A stretch of 40,883 nt of DNA from an uncultured Thermococci archaeon (lineage in GTDB: Archaea > Methanobacteriota_B > Thermococci > Thermococcales > CAYNOZ01). Positions 28,001-38,563 of this stretch are shown here, one piece after another (the stretch's first letter is position 1; every line of letters begins with the position of its first letter). The DNA is taken from the NCBI GenBank assembly GCA_964398955.1, contig CAYNOZ010000004.1:1-40883 (forward strand), written 5' to 3'. The position numbers were made by a program, and so were the translations under genes. The notes under the pieces are model-generated. The model saw nothing but the letters and a program-made list of their open reading frames with translations. It did not search any database and was not told the origin of the DNA.

Positions 28001-28019
28001 GGGTTTTTTATTTTTTACC

Positions 28020-29075
28020 TTATTTCATTCCAATTTCTTCTAATACTTTTTCTGTTGATGCTTCTACTTCAACTGGTTTTTGGATCGTTTCTATTGCCAT
28101 ATCAGGATCTTTTAGTCCATGCCCAGTTAATACAGCGGCTATTTTTGTTCCTTCTTCTATTACTCCTTTTTCCACCATCTTCTTTACTCCAGCTACGGAG
28201 GCTGCTGAGGCAGGTTCACAGAAAATTCCTTCTTTAGATGCTATTTCTTGATAGGCTTTGAGTATTTGGTCATCAGTCACATGGTTTATAAGGCCCTCTG
28301 ACTCTTTTTCTGCTTTAACAGCTTTTTCCCAGCTTGCTGGATTTCCTATCTTTATGGCTGTTGCTTTTGTTTTTGGATTTTCTATAACTTTATCTTTTGA
28401 AATTGCGGCTGATCCTTCTGCTTCAAATCCCATCATTTTGGGTAGGCTGTCTATTTTCCCTGCTTCGTAGTATTCTTTGAAACCTTTCCAATAAGCTGTT
28501 ATATTGCCTGCATTACCTACTGGAATTGCTAGAACATCTGGTGCTTCGTTTAATTGATCACATATTTCAAATGCTCCGCTTTTTTGGCCTTCTATTCTAT
28601 ATGGGTTCAGAGAATTCACTAATTTTATTGGATAATTATCTGTTATCTCTTTAACGATTTCTAAAGCCTGATCGAAGTTACCTTTTATTGAAACTACCTT
28701 TGCATTATGGATTAAGGCTTGGGACATTTTGCCTAGGGCTATATTTCCTTTCGGAACCAATACTACTGATTTTAAATCACTTTGAGCTCCATATGCTGCT
28801 GCGGCAGCTGAAGTATTTCCTGTTGAAGCACACATTATCGCTTTTGATCCTTCTTCTACAGCATTAGTTACTGCCATAGTCATTCCTCTATCCTTAAATG
28901 AACCAGTGGGATTTGCACCATCATACTTCAGGTATAATTCCACACCTAATTCTTCACTAATTTTTTTTGCATGTATTAAAGGAGTATTTCCTTCTCTTAA
29001 AGTAACAGGTTCAGTATCTTCCTTTACAGGCATAAATTCTTTATATTTCTCCACAACTCCAGGCCAATTTTCCAT
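28020..29075 (-). CDS. thrC: Threonine synthase
   Basis: [16 protein letters not shown] (PLP Lys), [23 protein letters not shown] and TGHGLKDP. Confidence 0.96.
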   Translation of the reverse strand: MENWPGVVEKYKEFMPVKEDTEPVTLREGNTPLIHAKKISEELGVELYLKYDGANPTGSFKDRGMTMAVTNAVEEGSKAIMCASTGNTSAAAAAYGAQSDLKSVVLVPKGNIALGKMSQALIHNAKVVSIKGNFDQALEIVKEITDNYPIKLVNSLNPYRIEGQKSGAFEICDQLNEAPDVLAIPVGNAGNITAYWKGFKEYYEAGKIDSLPKMMGFEAEGSAAISKDKVIENPKTKATAIKIGNPASWEKAVKAEKESEGLINHVTDDQILKAYQEIASKEGIFCEPASAASVAGVKKMVEKGVIEEGTKIAAVLTGHGLKDPDMAIETIQKPVEVEASTEKVLEEIGMK

Positions 29076-29086
29076 ATTTTCACCAA

Positions 29087-30022
29087 TTAATCAATTAATC
29101 TTAATCCTTCATTATCAACTGAAGTTACCACATATTTACTATTTATATCATTATTTAAAAAAGCATCTTCCATGGCTCTTCCTATATTTTCCCCATTTTC
29201 TAATGTGAAAGCTAAAATAGAGGGACCAGAACCGCTTAAGGCTACTCCAAGAGCATTTTCTTTGTTTGCACTTTCTAATACATTATTAAATCCAGGAATA
29301 AGTTTTGATCTATAATTTTGGTGAATTCTATCTTGCATTGCAGTTGATAGTAGTTTCCAATCTTCATCATAAAAGCTAGCCACTAATAATCCAGTTCTGC
29401 TCAGGTTAAAAACTGCATCTTTTTGACTTACATTTTCTGGTAAGACTTTACGCAAGTTTTTTGTATTTAGTTGGAATTCGGGTATTATTACCACTATTTT
29501 AAGTTCTTGATTTACTTCTACTTTTTTAAATATTGTTTCTTTATCCGTCATTACTCCTATATTAAGACCACCATTGAAGGATGATCCTACATTATCTGGA
29601 TGTGTTTCCATTTCTATAGCCATCTTTAGAAGTTCTTTTTCTGAATACGGATCTCCTAGATATTTGTTCGCCGCAAAGAAGCCTGCTAATATTGCTGTGG
29701 CACTGCTTCCTAATCCTCTTGATATGGGAACCCTTATAGTTTCTTCGATTTTAAATCCCTCGAATGGTTTTTCATTTTTCTTGAACAAGTATTTCATTGA
29801 TTGGTATAATAAATTTCTCTCTTTAGGAATTTTAATGTCTTTTTCGGCTGTTTTATTTTTGATATGGATTTCTACGTTTCTCTTGTCCTTAATTTTTTTA
29901 AATTTAAATTTATTGTAAATTTTGAGAGCCAGACCTAAACTATCAAATCCAGGTCCTAAATTTGCTGAAGTTGCTGGAGCTTTTATTGTAAAATCCTGTT
30001 TTTCATCCATTTCAATATTCAC
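29087..30022 (-). CDS. thrB: Homoserine kinase
   Basis: [31 protein letters not shown] and LSGSGPS. Confidence 0.95.
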   Translation of the reverse strand: MNIEMDEKQDFTIKAPATSANLGPGFDSLGLALKIYNKFKFKKIKDKRNVEIHIKNKTAEKDIKIPKERNLLYQSMKYLFKKNEKPFEGFKIEETIRVPISRGLGSSATAILAGFFAANKYLGDPYSEKELLKMAIEMETHPDNVGSSFNGGLNIGVMTDKETIFKKVEVNQELKIVVIIPEFQLNTKNLRKVLPENVSQKDAVFNLSRTGLLVASFYDEDWKLLSTAMQDRIHQNYRSKLIPGFNNVLESANKENALGVALSGSGPSILAFTLENGENIGRAMEDAFLNNDINSKYVVTSVDNEGLRLID

Positions 30023-31062
30023 CTGTAGTCTTTTAATCTCAGAAGATCATTTAATACGGCTTGTCCTGTTTCTTTTTTACCGGCTCCAGGCCCTATAACT
30101 GATACTTCTCCTAAATGATCTGTATTCACAGAAATTGCATTTGTAGCATCCATAACTTGGGCTAATGAATCATTTAAACTTAATTTAACTGGTTTTACAC
30201 TAGTTTTAATTTCTTTCCCTTTTTTATTAACTTTCCCTATTAACTTAATTCTTTTATTATTCTTTTCAGCGTTCTTAACATCTTCTAAGCTAATATTTCT
30301 TATTCCTTCTCTCAGAACTTCACTCGGATCAATACTTTGATCAAAAATCACATTTGATAATATGGAAACCTTGGCAGCAGCATCCCAACCATCAATATCT
30401 GCAGAAGGATCAGATTCAGCGTAACCTAACTTCTGAGCCTCTTCTAAGGCTTTATCAAAAGATTTAGATTCTTTTTCCATCTTAGAAAGTATATAATTTG
30501 TTGTACCGTTTAAAATCCCTCTAACGCTCTTTATATTAGATCCTGCTAAATCTTTTTTTATGAAATTGATAGCAGGTGTTCCAGCCAGTACAGTTCCTTC
30601 GAACATTAATTTTACTTGATTTTTTTGAGATAATTTGTAAAGATTTTGATATTCTAAAGAAATTGGCCCCTTATTTGTTGTAATAACATCCTTACCTTTA
30701 TTTAAGGCTTTTTTAATGTTCGATAATCCTGGTTCTCCATCCTCTAAATTCGTTGGTGTAGTTTCTACAAGAACATCACTATTAGATTCGAAAACAAGTT
30801 CATAAGAATCTTTATCAAACTTTGATTCATCATAAGATTTTAAAGGATTTTTAAGGTCCTCAGATTTCAATCTTAGTATTTTTTCAATTTCTAAACCATC
30901 TTGATCATATAAGGTTCCTTTTGTATCCGATACAGAAACAACTTTGACATTTAGATCATATTTGTCAGTAATTTCATGTTTTCTACTTGATAATATATCT
31001 AAAAACCCTGATCCAACTGTTCCCAGTCCAATCAACGATAAATTGTAATTCTTCTTAACCAA
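30019..31062 (-). CDS. hom: Homoserine dehydrogenase
   Basis: GLGTVG, TTNKGP, FEGTV..GTP, GILNGTTNYIL, GYAE.DP..D..G.DAA.K and GPGAG. Confidence 0.95.
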   Translation of the reverse strand: MVKKNYNLSLIGLGTVGSGFLDILSSRKHEITDKYDLNVKVVSVSDTKGTLYDQDGLEIEKILRLKSEDLKNPLKSYDESKFDKDSYELVFESNSDVLVETTPTNLEDGEPGLSNIKKALNKGKDVITTNKGPISLEYQNLYKLSQKNQVKLMFEGTVLAGTPAINFIKKDLAGSNIKSVRGILNGTTNYILSKMEKESKSFDKALEEAQKLGYAESDPSADIDGWDAAAKVSILSNVIFDQSIDPSEVLREGIRNISLEDVKNAEKNNKRIKLIGKVNKKGKEIKTSVKPVKLSLNDSLAQVMDATNAISVNTDHLGEVSVIGPGAGKKETGQAVLNDLLRLKDYR

Positions 31063-31095
31063 TTTTATACCTCCAATAAAATAAAAAATGAAAAA

Positions 31096-32136
31096 TTATT
31101 GCTTAATCAATTCTTTCTTGTATAATAATTCTGCGTTAAGTACACTTGCTCCTGCTGCTCCTCTTATTGTATTGTGGCCAAGAACTAAAAATTTGAAGTC
31201 CATTATAGGATCCTCTCTAATCCTTCCTACTACTGTTGCCATTGAATTCTCTTTATTTCGATCAAGCCTAGGTTGAGGTCTATCAGGTTCCTCCATAACC
31301 ACTATAGGATCTGAAGGGGCGGTTGGTAGGTTTAATTCTTGAGGTAATCCTTTGAATTCACTCATAGTATTCTTTAGTTCTTTTAATCCTACTTCTTCTT
31401 CTAGGCTAACTGAAACATTTTCTAGGTGACTATCCACTACGTTAACCCTATTACAGCTTGCACTAACTTTAATGTCTTCTTCATCAATTTTTCGATTATT
31501 TACATCACCAAATAGTTTTAATGGTTCTTCCTTGAGTTTTTCTTCCTCTCCACCAATGTAAGGCAGTATATTATCAGTTATATCGAGCGATGCTACTCCA
31601 GGATATCCTGATCCTGATACAGCTTGCATTGTAACAACATTTATCCCTTCAACCGTATATCTTTCATGTAAAGGTTTTAAAGCTATAGCTAATTGAATAG
31701 TAGAACAATTTGGATTCGTTACTATATATCCGTCTGTATCCCTATTATCTCTTTGAATATCTATCAGATCTAAATGTTCTGGATTAACTTCTGGGATAAC
31801 TAATGGTACATCTTCATCCATTCTATGGTAACTGGCATTACTAGCTACCACAAATCCTCTTTCTGCAAGATCCCCTTCAATTTTTTTTGCAGCACCAGAT
31901 GGCAGCGCAGAGAATACTAAATCACAATCTAAATCCTGATCATACGTTTTAACTTCCATATTTGCAAATTTTTCTGGAATTGGCTTTACTAGATGGTTGA
32001 CAGCATTAGAATATTTCTTTCCTTCGGATCTTGAACTAGCTACAAGTTCAGTTAACTCGAAAAATGGATGTTCTTCTAATAAATGTACAAATCTTTGTCC
32101 TACAATTCCAGTAGCTCCAATAACTCCTACTTTCAA
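31096..32136 (-). CDS. asd: Aspartate-semialdehyde dehydrogenase (archaeal/fungal type)
   Basis: GATG.VGQRF, PEVNP.HL, NPNCST (catalytic Cys), QAVSGSG, RPQPRLD and HNTIRGAAG. Confidence 0.96.
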   Translation of the reverse strand: MKVGVIGATGIVGQRFVHLLEEHPFFELTELVASSRSEGKKYSNAVNHLVKPIPEKFANMEVKTYDQDLDCDLVFSALPSGAAKKIEGDLAERGFVVASNASYHRMDEDVPLVIPEVNPEHLDLIDIQRDNRDTDGYIVTNPNCSTIQLAIALKPLHERYTVEGINVVTMQAVSGSGYPGVASLDITDNILPYIGGEEEKLKEEPLKLFGDVNNRKIDEEDIKVSASCNRVNVVDSHLENVSVSLEEEVGLKELKNTMSEFKGLPQELNLPTAPSDPIVVMEEPDRPQPRLDRNKENSMATVVGRIREDPIMDFKFLVLGHNTIRGAAGASVLNAELLYKKELIKQ

Positions 32137-33428
32137 AATAATCCCTCCAATAATTTTTTTGCTTCTTTAATAGTTCTTTTTTCTTCGAAAAGAAGTTTTA
32201 AAGTATTTTCTCTATAATTAACTTTAATAGGGCCTATTCCTGACTCGCTTAAAGTTTTTAAAACCCTAGATTTTAATTGGGTATTTTCAATCCCCTCTGA
32301 AGATCTGACCTCTAAAAGTTTAAGATTTTTAATCGTACTAACTGCTGTAAGATTGTCTTTTCTTTTTACTAAATCATGAAGCTTACTTACCAATTTATCC
32401 TGATTTTCTTGATTACTAAGATAAGAAATTGAGTTACCATTCATCGAAAACTGATAAAATTCAATTTCAAGATCTTCTAAATCCTGAATTAGCTCTTTAC
32501 TTTTTATTTTACTACCTATAATAGATATTAATGTTTTCTCACTGTTATCTATAACTATATTACACTCTTCCCTTTCCCCCTCTACAATCTCAGTTCCATC
32601 ATCTAAAATATCATTATTATCATAGTTCACTACTCTAATCTTCAAATTTGAAGATTTATACTTCAATGCAGAAGGACAAAGTACATCTCCACCATTCTTA
32701 CCTAGTTCTAAAGCTTCCTTTACCGTAATCTTTGATACTTCCTTGGGAGAATCAATAATCTTGGGATCTCCTGAAAGAACTCCTGGAACATCTTTCAATA
32801 AGATCACTTCTGAAACCCCTAAACCTCTACCTAATAAAATAGCAGAAGTATCTGAAGCTCCTCTACCCATAGTTGTGATCTTTCCATCTTCTGTAATCCC
32901 TACAAAACCTGGGACAATAGGAATTTTATCTTCCTGAATCAATGGTAATAACCGATTTTTAATCCTTTCCTCTGTCTTATCTAATAAAACCTCTGCATTT
33001 CCATGATTATCATCAGTTACTATTGGAAAGCTTGGTTCATCTAAAGAAATTGGCTCCGATTCGATACCAATATTCTCTAGCTTTGAATGAATAATTTTAG
33101 CACTTAATTGTTCTCCCTGTGAAACTATACTATCAGTTAGCTCTAAATTTCGAGGTTTAGAATCAGCGACTTTTAAAAGAGAGTCAGTTAATCCTTTGAG
33201 CGCAGAGACAACAAGAACAGGAACAATACCTTTTCTTCTCAATTCAGTTATTTTATCTAAAATAGTATCTATAGACCTACTATCAACTAAGCAGGATCCT
33301 CCAACTTTCAATACGACTACATTCTGATGGACCTTGTCTTCTAAAGTACTTGCCAGGACCTCTCGGTCCAAATCGACCACCTTTGACCGGTCCATCTTTC
33401 TCTTTGATTTGTTCTGTAATAAAATCAC
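32133..33428 (-). CDS. lysC: Aspartate kinase with divergent ACT-like domains
   Basis: K.GGS, VVSA..G.TD.L, GE.LS, PGF.G, TTMGRGASD.SA and DVPGV...DP; first gene of the thr operon. Confidence 0.85.
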   Translation of the reverse strand: MILLQNKSKRKMDRSKVVDLDREVLASTLEDKVHQNVVVLKVGGSCLVDSRSIDTILDKITELRRKGIVPVLVVSALKGLTDSLLKVADSKPRNLELTDSIVSQGEQLSAKIIHSKLENIGIESEPISLDEPSFPIVTDDNHGNAEVLLDKTEERIKNRLLPLIQEDKIPIVPGFVGITEDGKITTMGRGASDTSAILLGRGLGVSEVILLKDVPGVLSGDPKIIDSPKEVSKITVKEALELGKNGGDVLCPSALKYKSSNLKIRVVNYDNNDILDDGTEIVEGEREECNIVIDNSEKTLISIIGSKIKSKELIQDLEDLEIEFYQFSMNGNSISYLSNQENQDKLVSKLHDLVKRKDNLTAVSTIKNLKLLEVRSSEGIENTQLKSRVLKTLSESGIGPIKVNYRENTLKLLFEEKRTIKEAKKLLEGLF

Positions 33429-33621
33429 CTAACGTTATAACTTCAAGAAGCAAACGGGGTATATAAAACTTTTGGAAACATTACCTAATTATGGGAAAAA
33501 CATCATCAGCTGATCAATATAACAAAAATTGTATAGGTTAAGCAGGTTAGGTTTAATTTATTAGAAAGAAAGAGGTTTAAAAATTTAAATAGAGAAAAGA
33601 AGAATTAAATTTGGTATTTTA

Positions 33622-33714
33622 TTAGCCTCCCATCAAAGAAAATAGGAAGATCATTGTTAGGTATAATCCAGCTACTAATATGCCTAGGAGGGCCATTCTA
33701 TCTATTGTTTTCAT
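33622..33714 (-). CDS. Putative 30-aa single-TM peptide translationally coupled to the NhaC-family gene (not in ORF track)
   Basis: MKTIDRMALLGILVAGLYLTMIFLFSLMGG; ATG overlaps the transporter TGA (ATGA at 33711-33714). Confidence 0.55.
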   Translation of the reverse strand: MKTIDRMALLGILVAGLYLTMIFLFSLMGG

Positions 33715-35396
33715 TCTTGTTGCCCCCTGTTGGATCCAACTATACGTGCGGCTGCTCCTGGTTCAGCGTATTCTTCAGGGTCAACCTCGCCTTCTTCTAT
33801 TTCTTTTCTTGTTGGCATTACTTCTGGTAAGTTCTTTCTATTAGCATCCCACTTGTTTAGTCCAAATACAGCGACGAACATTACTATTATAGCAAATGGC
33901 AGTATTATGAATGACTGTCTAATTCCTACTGCATATAAACCTAAAGCTATTACGTTTACTCCAGCTGCTGTTAAAGCAAATGGTATTTGCGAGTTCACGT
34001 GATCTATATGGTCTGCTCCGGCGAATATTGAACTCATTACTGTGGTGTCTGATATTGGCGAGCAGTGGTCTCCGAAAATGGCTCCACCGAATACGGCTCC
34101 AACTAATACTGGTAATATGCTTGCTCCAACCATTTCATATCCTAGAGGTATTGCTAATGGCGTTACAATTGCCATAGTACCCCAAGAAGTTCCGGTTGTG
34201 AAAGCTATTAACATTGCTGCTAGGAATATTACAATTGGCAAGAGTCCACCAGGTAAGCCACTACTTACCATAACATCAACAACAAATTGTGCAGTTCCTA
34301 CTGCTTCAGCTGCTGTTCCAATAGTCCATGCTAAGGTCAAAATAGTTAAAGCATTTACCATTGTTTTAAATCCATTTACGACAGTACTTTGAGCTCCTTC
34401 TAGATCCATTGAACCATTGTGAAGAGATAGTATCGCTCCTGCAAATGTGAATGCTAATGCTCCATATAGAAGTGATAAAGCAACATCAGTTTGCTGGAAG
34501 GCTTTTGCAATTCCTACATCTGGTTTTGGTCCTCCTCCTAACCAGTACATAGCTATAATTCCTACGGCTAACAATATAAATATCGGCAGGTAGAAGTTTA
34601 TTAACCTAGGATTTTCTTTGTTTGGTTCTCCTAAATCGGTTTCCATGCTAGAAAGTGGATTTGCTCCGTCACGACTTGTTTTCCCGTATTTTCTGGATCT
34701 CCATTCTGCATTTAGCATTGGTCCATAGAATCTTTGTGTTATAGATATTAGACCGACCATTAAGAATGCTACTAGACAGTATATGTTCCATGGTATACTT
34801 CTAAGGAATATTTGGTAGTGAGTTAATCCTAGACCTGCAGCGGTTACTCCTAGAGCTCCGAAACCTTGAGCGATCATTGACACTTGGTATCCTATCCAAC
34901 CTGATACCGGTCCGAATGTGGTTACTGGTGCTGTTGTTGAGTCAAGTACATATGAGTGCATCTCTCTTGAACAAGATCTATCTTTTGAAAGATCTCTTGT
35001 TGCATTTCCATCTATAATTGTGCTTGGATACGAGTCAAAGAATATGAGAACTCCTATTATCCATGTTAAAATCTGTGAATCTCTTGCTGTTTCTATTTTA
35101 CCGTCTGCCCATTTTTCTAATGCGTAAGCACCGCCTGATTTGTAGATAAATGCTGCACCTGCTCCCATTAAGAATATTACTAAGTAGTACTTTGCGTCCC
35201 ACGGACTAGTTATCGTGCCTATAGTCCAATCTACTGTAGTAGTGGTAGCAACTATCGGGTTCCAATTTGCGATTATCAAACCTCCGACCCATACACCAGC
35301 AAAGAGAGAAATTATAACTTGCTTAGTGTACATAGCCAGAAATATAGCTACAACAGGAGGAGCTATTGATAAAACTCCAAACGATTCTGCTGGCAT
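33711..35396 (-). CDS. NhaC-family (Na+/H+ antiporter-like, ion transporter superfamily) membrane transporter
   Basis: S..PP..AI.LA..TK, DST.AP....PVSGW, F.TGTSWGT, GA.FGDHCSPISDTT..SS and H..HV..Q.P. Confidence 0.9.
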   Translation of the reverse strand: MPAESFGVLSIAPPVVAIFLAMYTKQVIISLFAGVWVGGLIIANWNPIVATTTTVDWTIGTITSPWDAKYYLVIFLMGAGAAFIYKSGGAYALEKWADGKIETARDSQILTWIIGVLIFFDSYPSTIIDGNATRDLSKDRSCSREMHSYVLDSTTAPVTTFGPVSGWIGYQVSMIAQGFGALGVTAAGLGLTHYQIFLRSIPWNIYCLVAFLMVGLISITQRFYGPMLNAEWRSRKYGKTSRDGANPLSSMETDLGEPNKENPRLINFYLPIFILLAVGIIAMYWLGGGPKPDVGIAKAFQQTDVALSLLYGALAFTFAGAILSLHNGSMDLEGAQSTVVNGFKTMVNALTILTLAWTIGTAAEAVGTAQFVVDVMVSSGLPGGLLPIVIFLAAMLIAFTTGTSWGTMAIVTPLAIPLGYEMVGASILPVLVGAVFGGAIFGDHCSPISDTTVMSSIFAGADHIDHVNSQIPFALTAAGVNVIALGLYAVGIRQSFIILPFAIIVMFVAVFGLNKWDANRKNLPEVMPTRKEIEEGEVDPEEYAEPGAAARIVGSNRGQQE

Positions 35397-35671
35397 TATT
35401 TCCCCATAATTAAAGAAGGTAACTTATTTTTAAAGTTTTCGTTTTTAAAAAATTCCCGAGAACAAAAAAAATGTAATATTGTCAAAATATCTCGTAATAT
35501 AGAGTTTTAAAGAGTCTTTTTAATTAGATTATCAAAATATTAATAAGATAATGACATCAGTACCTGTAAATTCGACAAAATTAATACCAATTTTCAAAAA
35601 ATTTCTTCATTACAAATTAGTCAAAAAACTAAACAACTAAACCAAAACACTGACACTTCCAAGTAATAAAA

Positions 35672-36259
35672 TCAAAAACCATTCTTAATTTGCTTCAAAC
35701 TGTTCTTCACATTATTTGAAACTTCATCATATAATGATTTACCATTAGAATCCATCGTTACTAAAAGAGGGCCGAATTCTTCAACATTAAAAACCCAAAC
35801 TGCCTCTGGTATCCCTAATTCTTCTAAGTAATACACTTCATCAACGCTTTCTACCGAATTAGCCATTAAAGATCCTGTTCCTCCCGTAAATTGAGTATAG
35901 ATAGAATTATTTTTCTTTAAAGCTTCAAGAGTCTTATTTCCCATACCACCCTTCCCAATGAAAATCTTAGTACCAAATTCATTTATAAATTTAGGTTCTA
36001 ACTCATCCAAACGCATACTCGTAGTTGGGCCTGCACTAACTACCTCCCAACCATGGTTCTTCCTCATAACAGGACCACAATGAAAACACGGAAGTCCTTT
36101 AAAATTTATCTCAGGTACATCATCCGTGTCAATTTCAAATAAAAGCTTCTTATGAGCTTCATCCCTCGCTGTAAAAATCTTACCCGATATTTTTATGGTA
36201 TTACCTACTTTTAAAGACTTCACTTCTTCGGATTTTATAGGAGTATTAAGTATTTTCAA
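35672..36259 (-). CDS. Fe-S fumarate hydratase/tartrate dehydratase beta subunit
   Basis: L.VG....SG.I.TARD.AH, HCGP, GPTTS.R, IGKGG, LG.PEA and FGPL.V.MD. Confidence 0.9.
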   Translation of the reverse strand: MKILNTPIKSEEVKSLKVGNTIKISGKIFTARDEAHKKLLFEIDTDDVPEINFKGLPCFHCGPVMRKNHGWEVVSAGPTTSMRLDELEPKFINEFGTKIFIGKGGMGNKTLEALKKNNSIYTQFTGGTGSLMANSVESVDEVYYLEELGIPEAVWVFNVEEFGPLLVTMDSNGKSLYDEVSNNVKNSLKQIKNGF

Positions 36260-37134
36260 TTTTCAATCACCACCTTCCCATCTGGTTCTATAGCTATTGA
36301 ACCTCTTCTATTACACCAACACTGAACAATTATTCCAAGTGGTAATGATGCAGGGTGTCTATTAGCATATTCTAATTTTATATCAAGAACTGTGGTTTTC
36401 CCTCCTACACCCATTGGTCCTACACCTAATTCATTCGCTTTTTCTTTAATTTCTTTTTCTATTTTTTCTATTCTAGTTTCTTTATGATGTTTCCCTATAG
36501 GTCTCAGAAGGGATTTTTTAGCTAAATTCATTGCTATATCTGCTCCTCCACCTAATCCTATCCCAATTACTGTTGGTGGACAAGGTTTTCCTCCCATAGA
36601 TGCTATTTTGTCTAATACCGATTTTTTCACATCTTCTATGGTTTTACTTGGATTTAACATTTTTAATTGACTCATATTTTCTGATCCACCACCTTTGGGT
36701 AGAAAGTTTATCTGAATGTTTTCTGAATTTGTTATTTCCCAATGTACGTAAGGAATGTTTTTTCCAGTGTTATCTCCACTATTTTCATTTGTTATCGGAT
36801 CTACTGAATTGGGTCTTAAAGGAACTTTTTTTGTTGCTTTTTGAACTGCTTTTTGAATGATAGGCTTAATTTCTCCAATTTTTTGTAAGTTAGGAAAGTT
36901 TGATCCAATTTCAACAAAGAATGTTGGTGTTCCAGTATCTTGACATATTGGTACCTTTTTACTTCTGCTTATATTTATAGATTTGATCATATTGTTTATT
37001 TGAACTTCAGATCCTCCTTCTTCTTTGTATTTAGATTCCTTTAATGCATTTAATGTGTTTTCAGGGAGTGTTGTAACCGTTTTTTCTATAGATTTTACTA
37101 ACTGAGTTTCTAAATCTTCTGTTTCCCATGACAT
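36256..37134 (-). CDS. Fe-S fumarate hydratase/tartrate dehydratase alpha subunit
   Basis: PICQDTG, PLRPN, N.G.NTG, PKGGGSEN, GKPCPP, G.GPMG.GG, HPASLP and CW. Confidence 0.9.
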   Translation of the reverse strand: MSWETEDLETQLVKSIEKTVTTLPENTLNALKESKYKEEGGSEVQINNMIKSINISRSKKVPICQDTGTPTFFVEIGSNFPNLQKIGEIKPIIQKAVQKATKKVPLRPNSVDPITNENSGDNTGKNIPYVHWEITNSENIQINFLPKGGGSENMSQLKMLNPSKTIEDVKKSVLDKIASMGGKPCPPTVIGIGLGGGADIAMNLAKKSLLRPIGKHHKETRIEKIEKEIKEKANELGVGPMGVGGKTTVLDIKLEYANRHPASLPLGIIVQCWCNRRGSIAIEPDGKVVIEN

Positions 37135-37135
37135 T

Positions 37136-38464
37136 TTAATCTTCCTCTGGAGACTTTATTACTCCATTTTCTATTAGTATTTCGTTCTGAGTTCTTGATC
37201 TTTTTAATTTGTATCTAGCTCTTTCTTCAATTTCTTTTTTTGTTATATTTTTTCTTGCTAATCCCTGATCTTTTGCTTTTTCACCTACGGCCACTGCTTC
37301 TTTTACATAAGTTTCTAAATCACTCATTTTTGGTATTATAAAATTTTCATTTAACCCAATTTCTTCCGCTCTTTCTGCTATAGCTTTAGCAGCGGAAATA
37401 CACATTTCATCAGAAATTTTTCTGGCCCCAACTTCTAAGGCACCCCTAAACACTCCTGGAAATCCTAATGAATTATTTATTTGATTTGGGTAATCGCTTC
37501 TACCGGTTCCAACTATTTTAGCTCCTGCTTCTTTAGCTTTAACCGGATTTATTTCCGGAATGGGATTAGCTTCTGCAAATACAATGGGATCATCGGCCAT
37601 TTTCTTAACATCTTTCTCACTAATTACACCAGGTCCAGGAGTTGAAGCAGCTATACAAACGTCTGCCTCTTCCATGGCATTCGAAATATCTCCACTTTCA
37701 TTTCCGGGATTAGTCTTCGAGGCCCACTGATACTTGTAACTACTTGGATCTAAATCTTTTCTTTCTGTATTCAAAATACCTTTGCTATCTACCATTACTA
37801 TTTTTTCAGGTTTAACTCCTGATTTAATAGCATATTTTGTTATATTAATTCCTGCAGCTCCAGTACCTACAATTACTAATTTTATATTATCTATATTTTT
37901 TTCGACAACCCTTAAACCACCTATTAAACCAGCTATTGTAACAAGAGCAGTACCTTGTTGATCATCATGCCAAACAGGAATATCAAGTTCCTTTCGAAGC
38001 CTCTCAAGAATTCTGAAACATTTTGGACTCTCAATATCCTCTAAATTAACACCACCTAATGAAGGGGAAAGATTCTTTACCGTGCTAATAATCTCCTGCT
38101 CATCCCTCACATCTAAACTTAAAGGAAAAGCATCAACAGCACCTAGAAACTTAAATAACAAAGATTTACCCTCCATCACCGGTAAACTAGCTTCTGGACC
38201 TATATCACCAAGCCCTAAAACTCTAGAACCATCAGATACCACGGCTATTGTATTACCTCTATTTGAATAATCAAATGACTTAATACTATCTTTATGAATC
38301 TCCTTACAAGGCTCAGCAACTCCAGGAGTATACCAGATATTAATATCATCCAAATCCCTCACAGGACATTTAGGAACAACTTCAATCTTGCCTCTATAAT
38401 ACGAATGTAAATCCAATGAAATCTCTTTCAAATCTTCCTCATCTTTAACTTCCTTATCCATCAT
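37136..38464 (-). CDS. NAD(P)-dependent malic enzyme
   Basis: YTPGVA, DGSRVLGLG.IG, PVMEGK, NLEDI..P.CF, HDDQQGT, GAAG, ANP.PEI, TGRSDYPNQINN and FPG.FRGAL. Confidence 0.94.
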   Translation of the reverse strand: MMDKEVKDEEDLKEISLDLHSYYRGKIEVVPKCPVRDLDDINIWYTPGVAEPCKEIHKDSIKSFDYSNRGNTIAVVSDGSRVLGLGDIGPEASLPVMEGKSLLFKFLGAVDAFPLSLDVRDEQEIISTVKNLSPSLGGVNLEDIESPKCFRILERLRKELDIPVWHDDQQGTALVTIAGLIGGLRVVEKNIDNIKLVIVGTGAAGINITKYAIKSGVKPEKIVMVDSKGILNTERKDLDPSSYKYQWASKTNPGNESGDISNAMEEADVCIAASTPGPGVISEKDVKKMADDPIVFAEANPIPEINPVKAKEAGAKIVGTGRSDYPNQINNSLGFPGVFRGALEVGARKISDEMCISAAKAIAERAEEIGLNENFIIPKMSDLETYVKEAVAVGEKAKDQGLARKNITKKEIEERARYKLKRSRTQNEILIENGVIKSPEED

Positions 38465-38490
38465 ATAACCCCTATAAAAATAAAAATAGA

Positions 38491-38563
38491 TGCGCCTGCC
38501 GGGATTCGAACCCGGGCAATAAGCTTGGGAAGCTTATGTCCTACCAAACTAGACCACAGACGC
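38491..38563 (-). tRNA. tRNA-Gly (CCC)
   Basis: GCGTCTG/CAGGCGC acceptor stem, TAAGC-TTCCCAA-GCTTA anticodon arm, CCGGG-TTCGAAT-CCCGG T arm; discriminator A; no encoded CCA; no intron. Confidence 0.96.
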
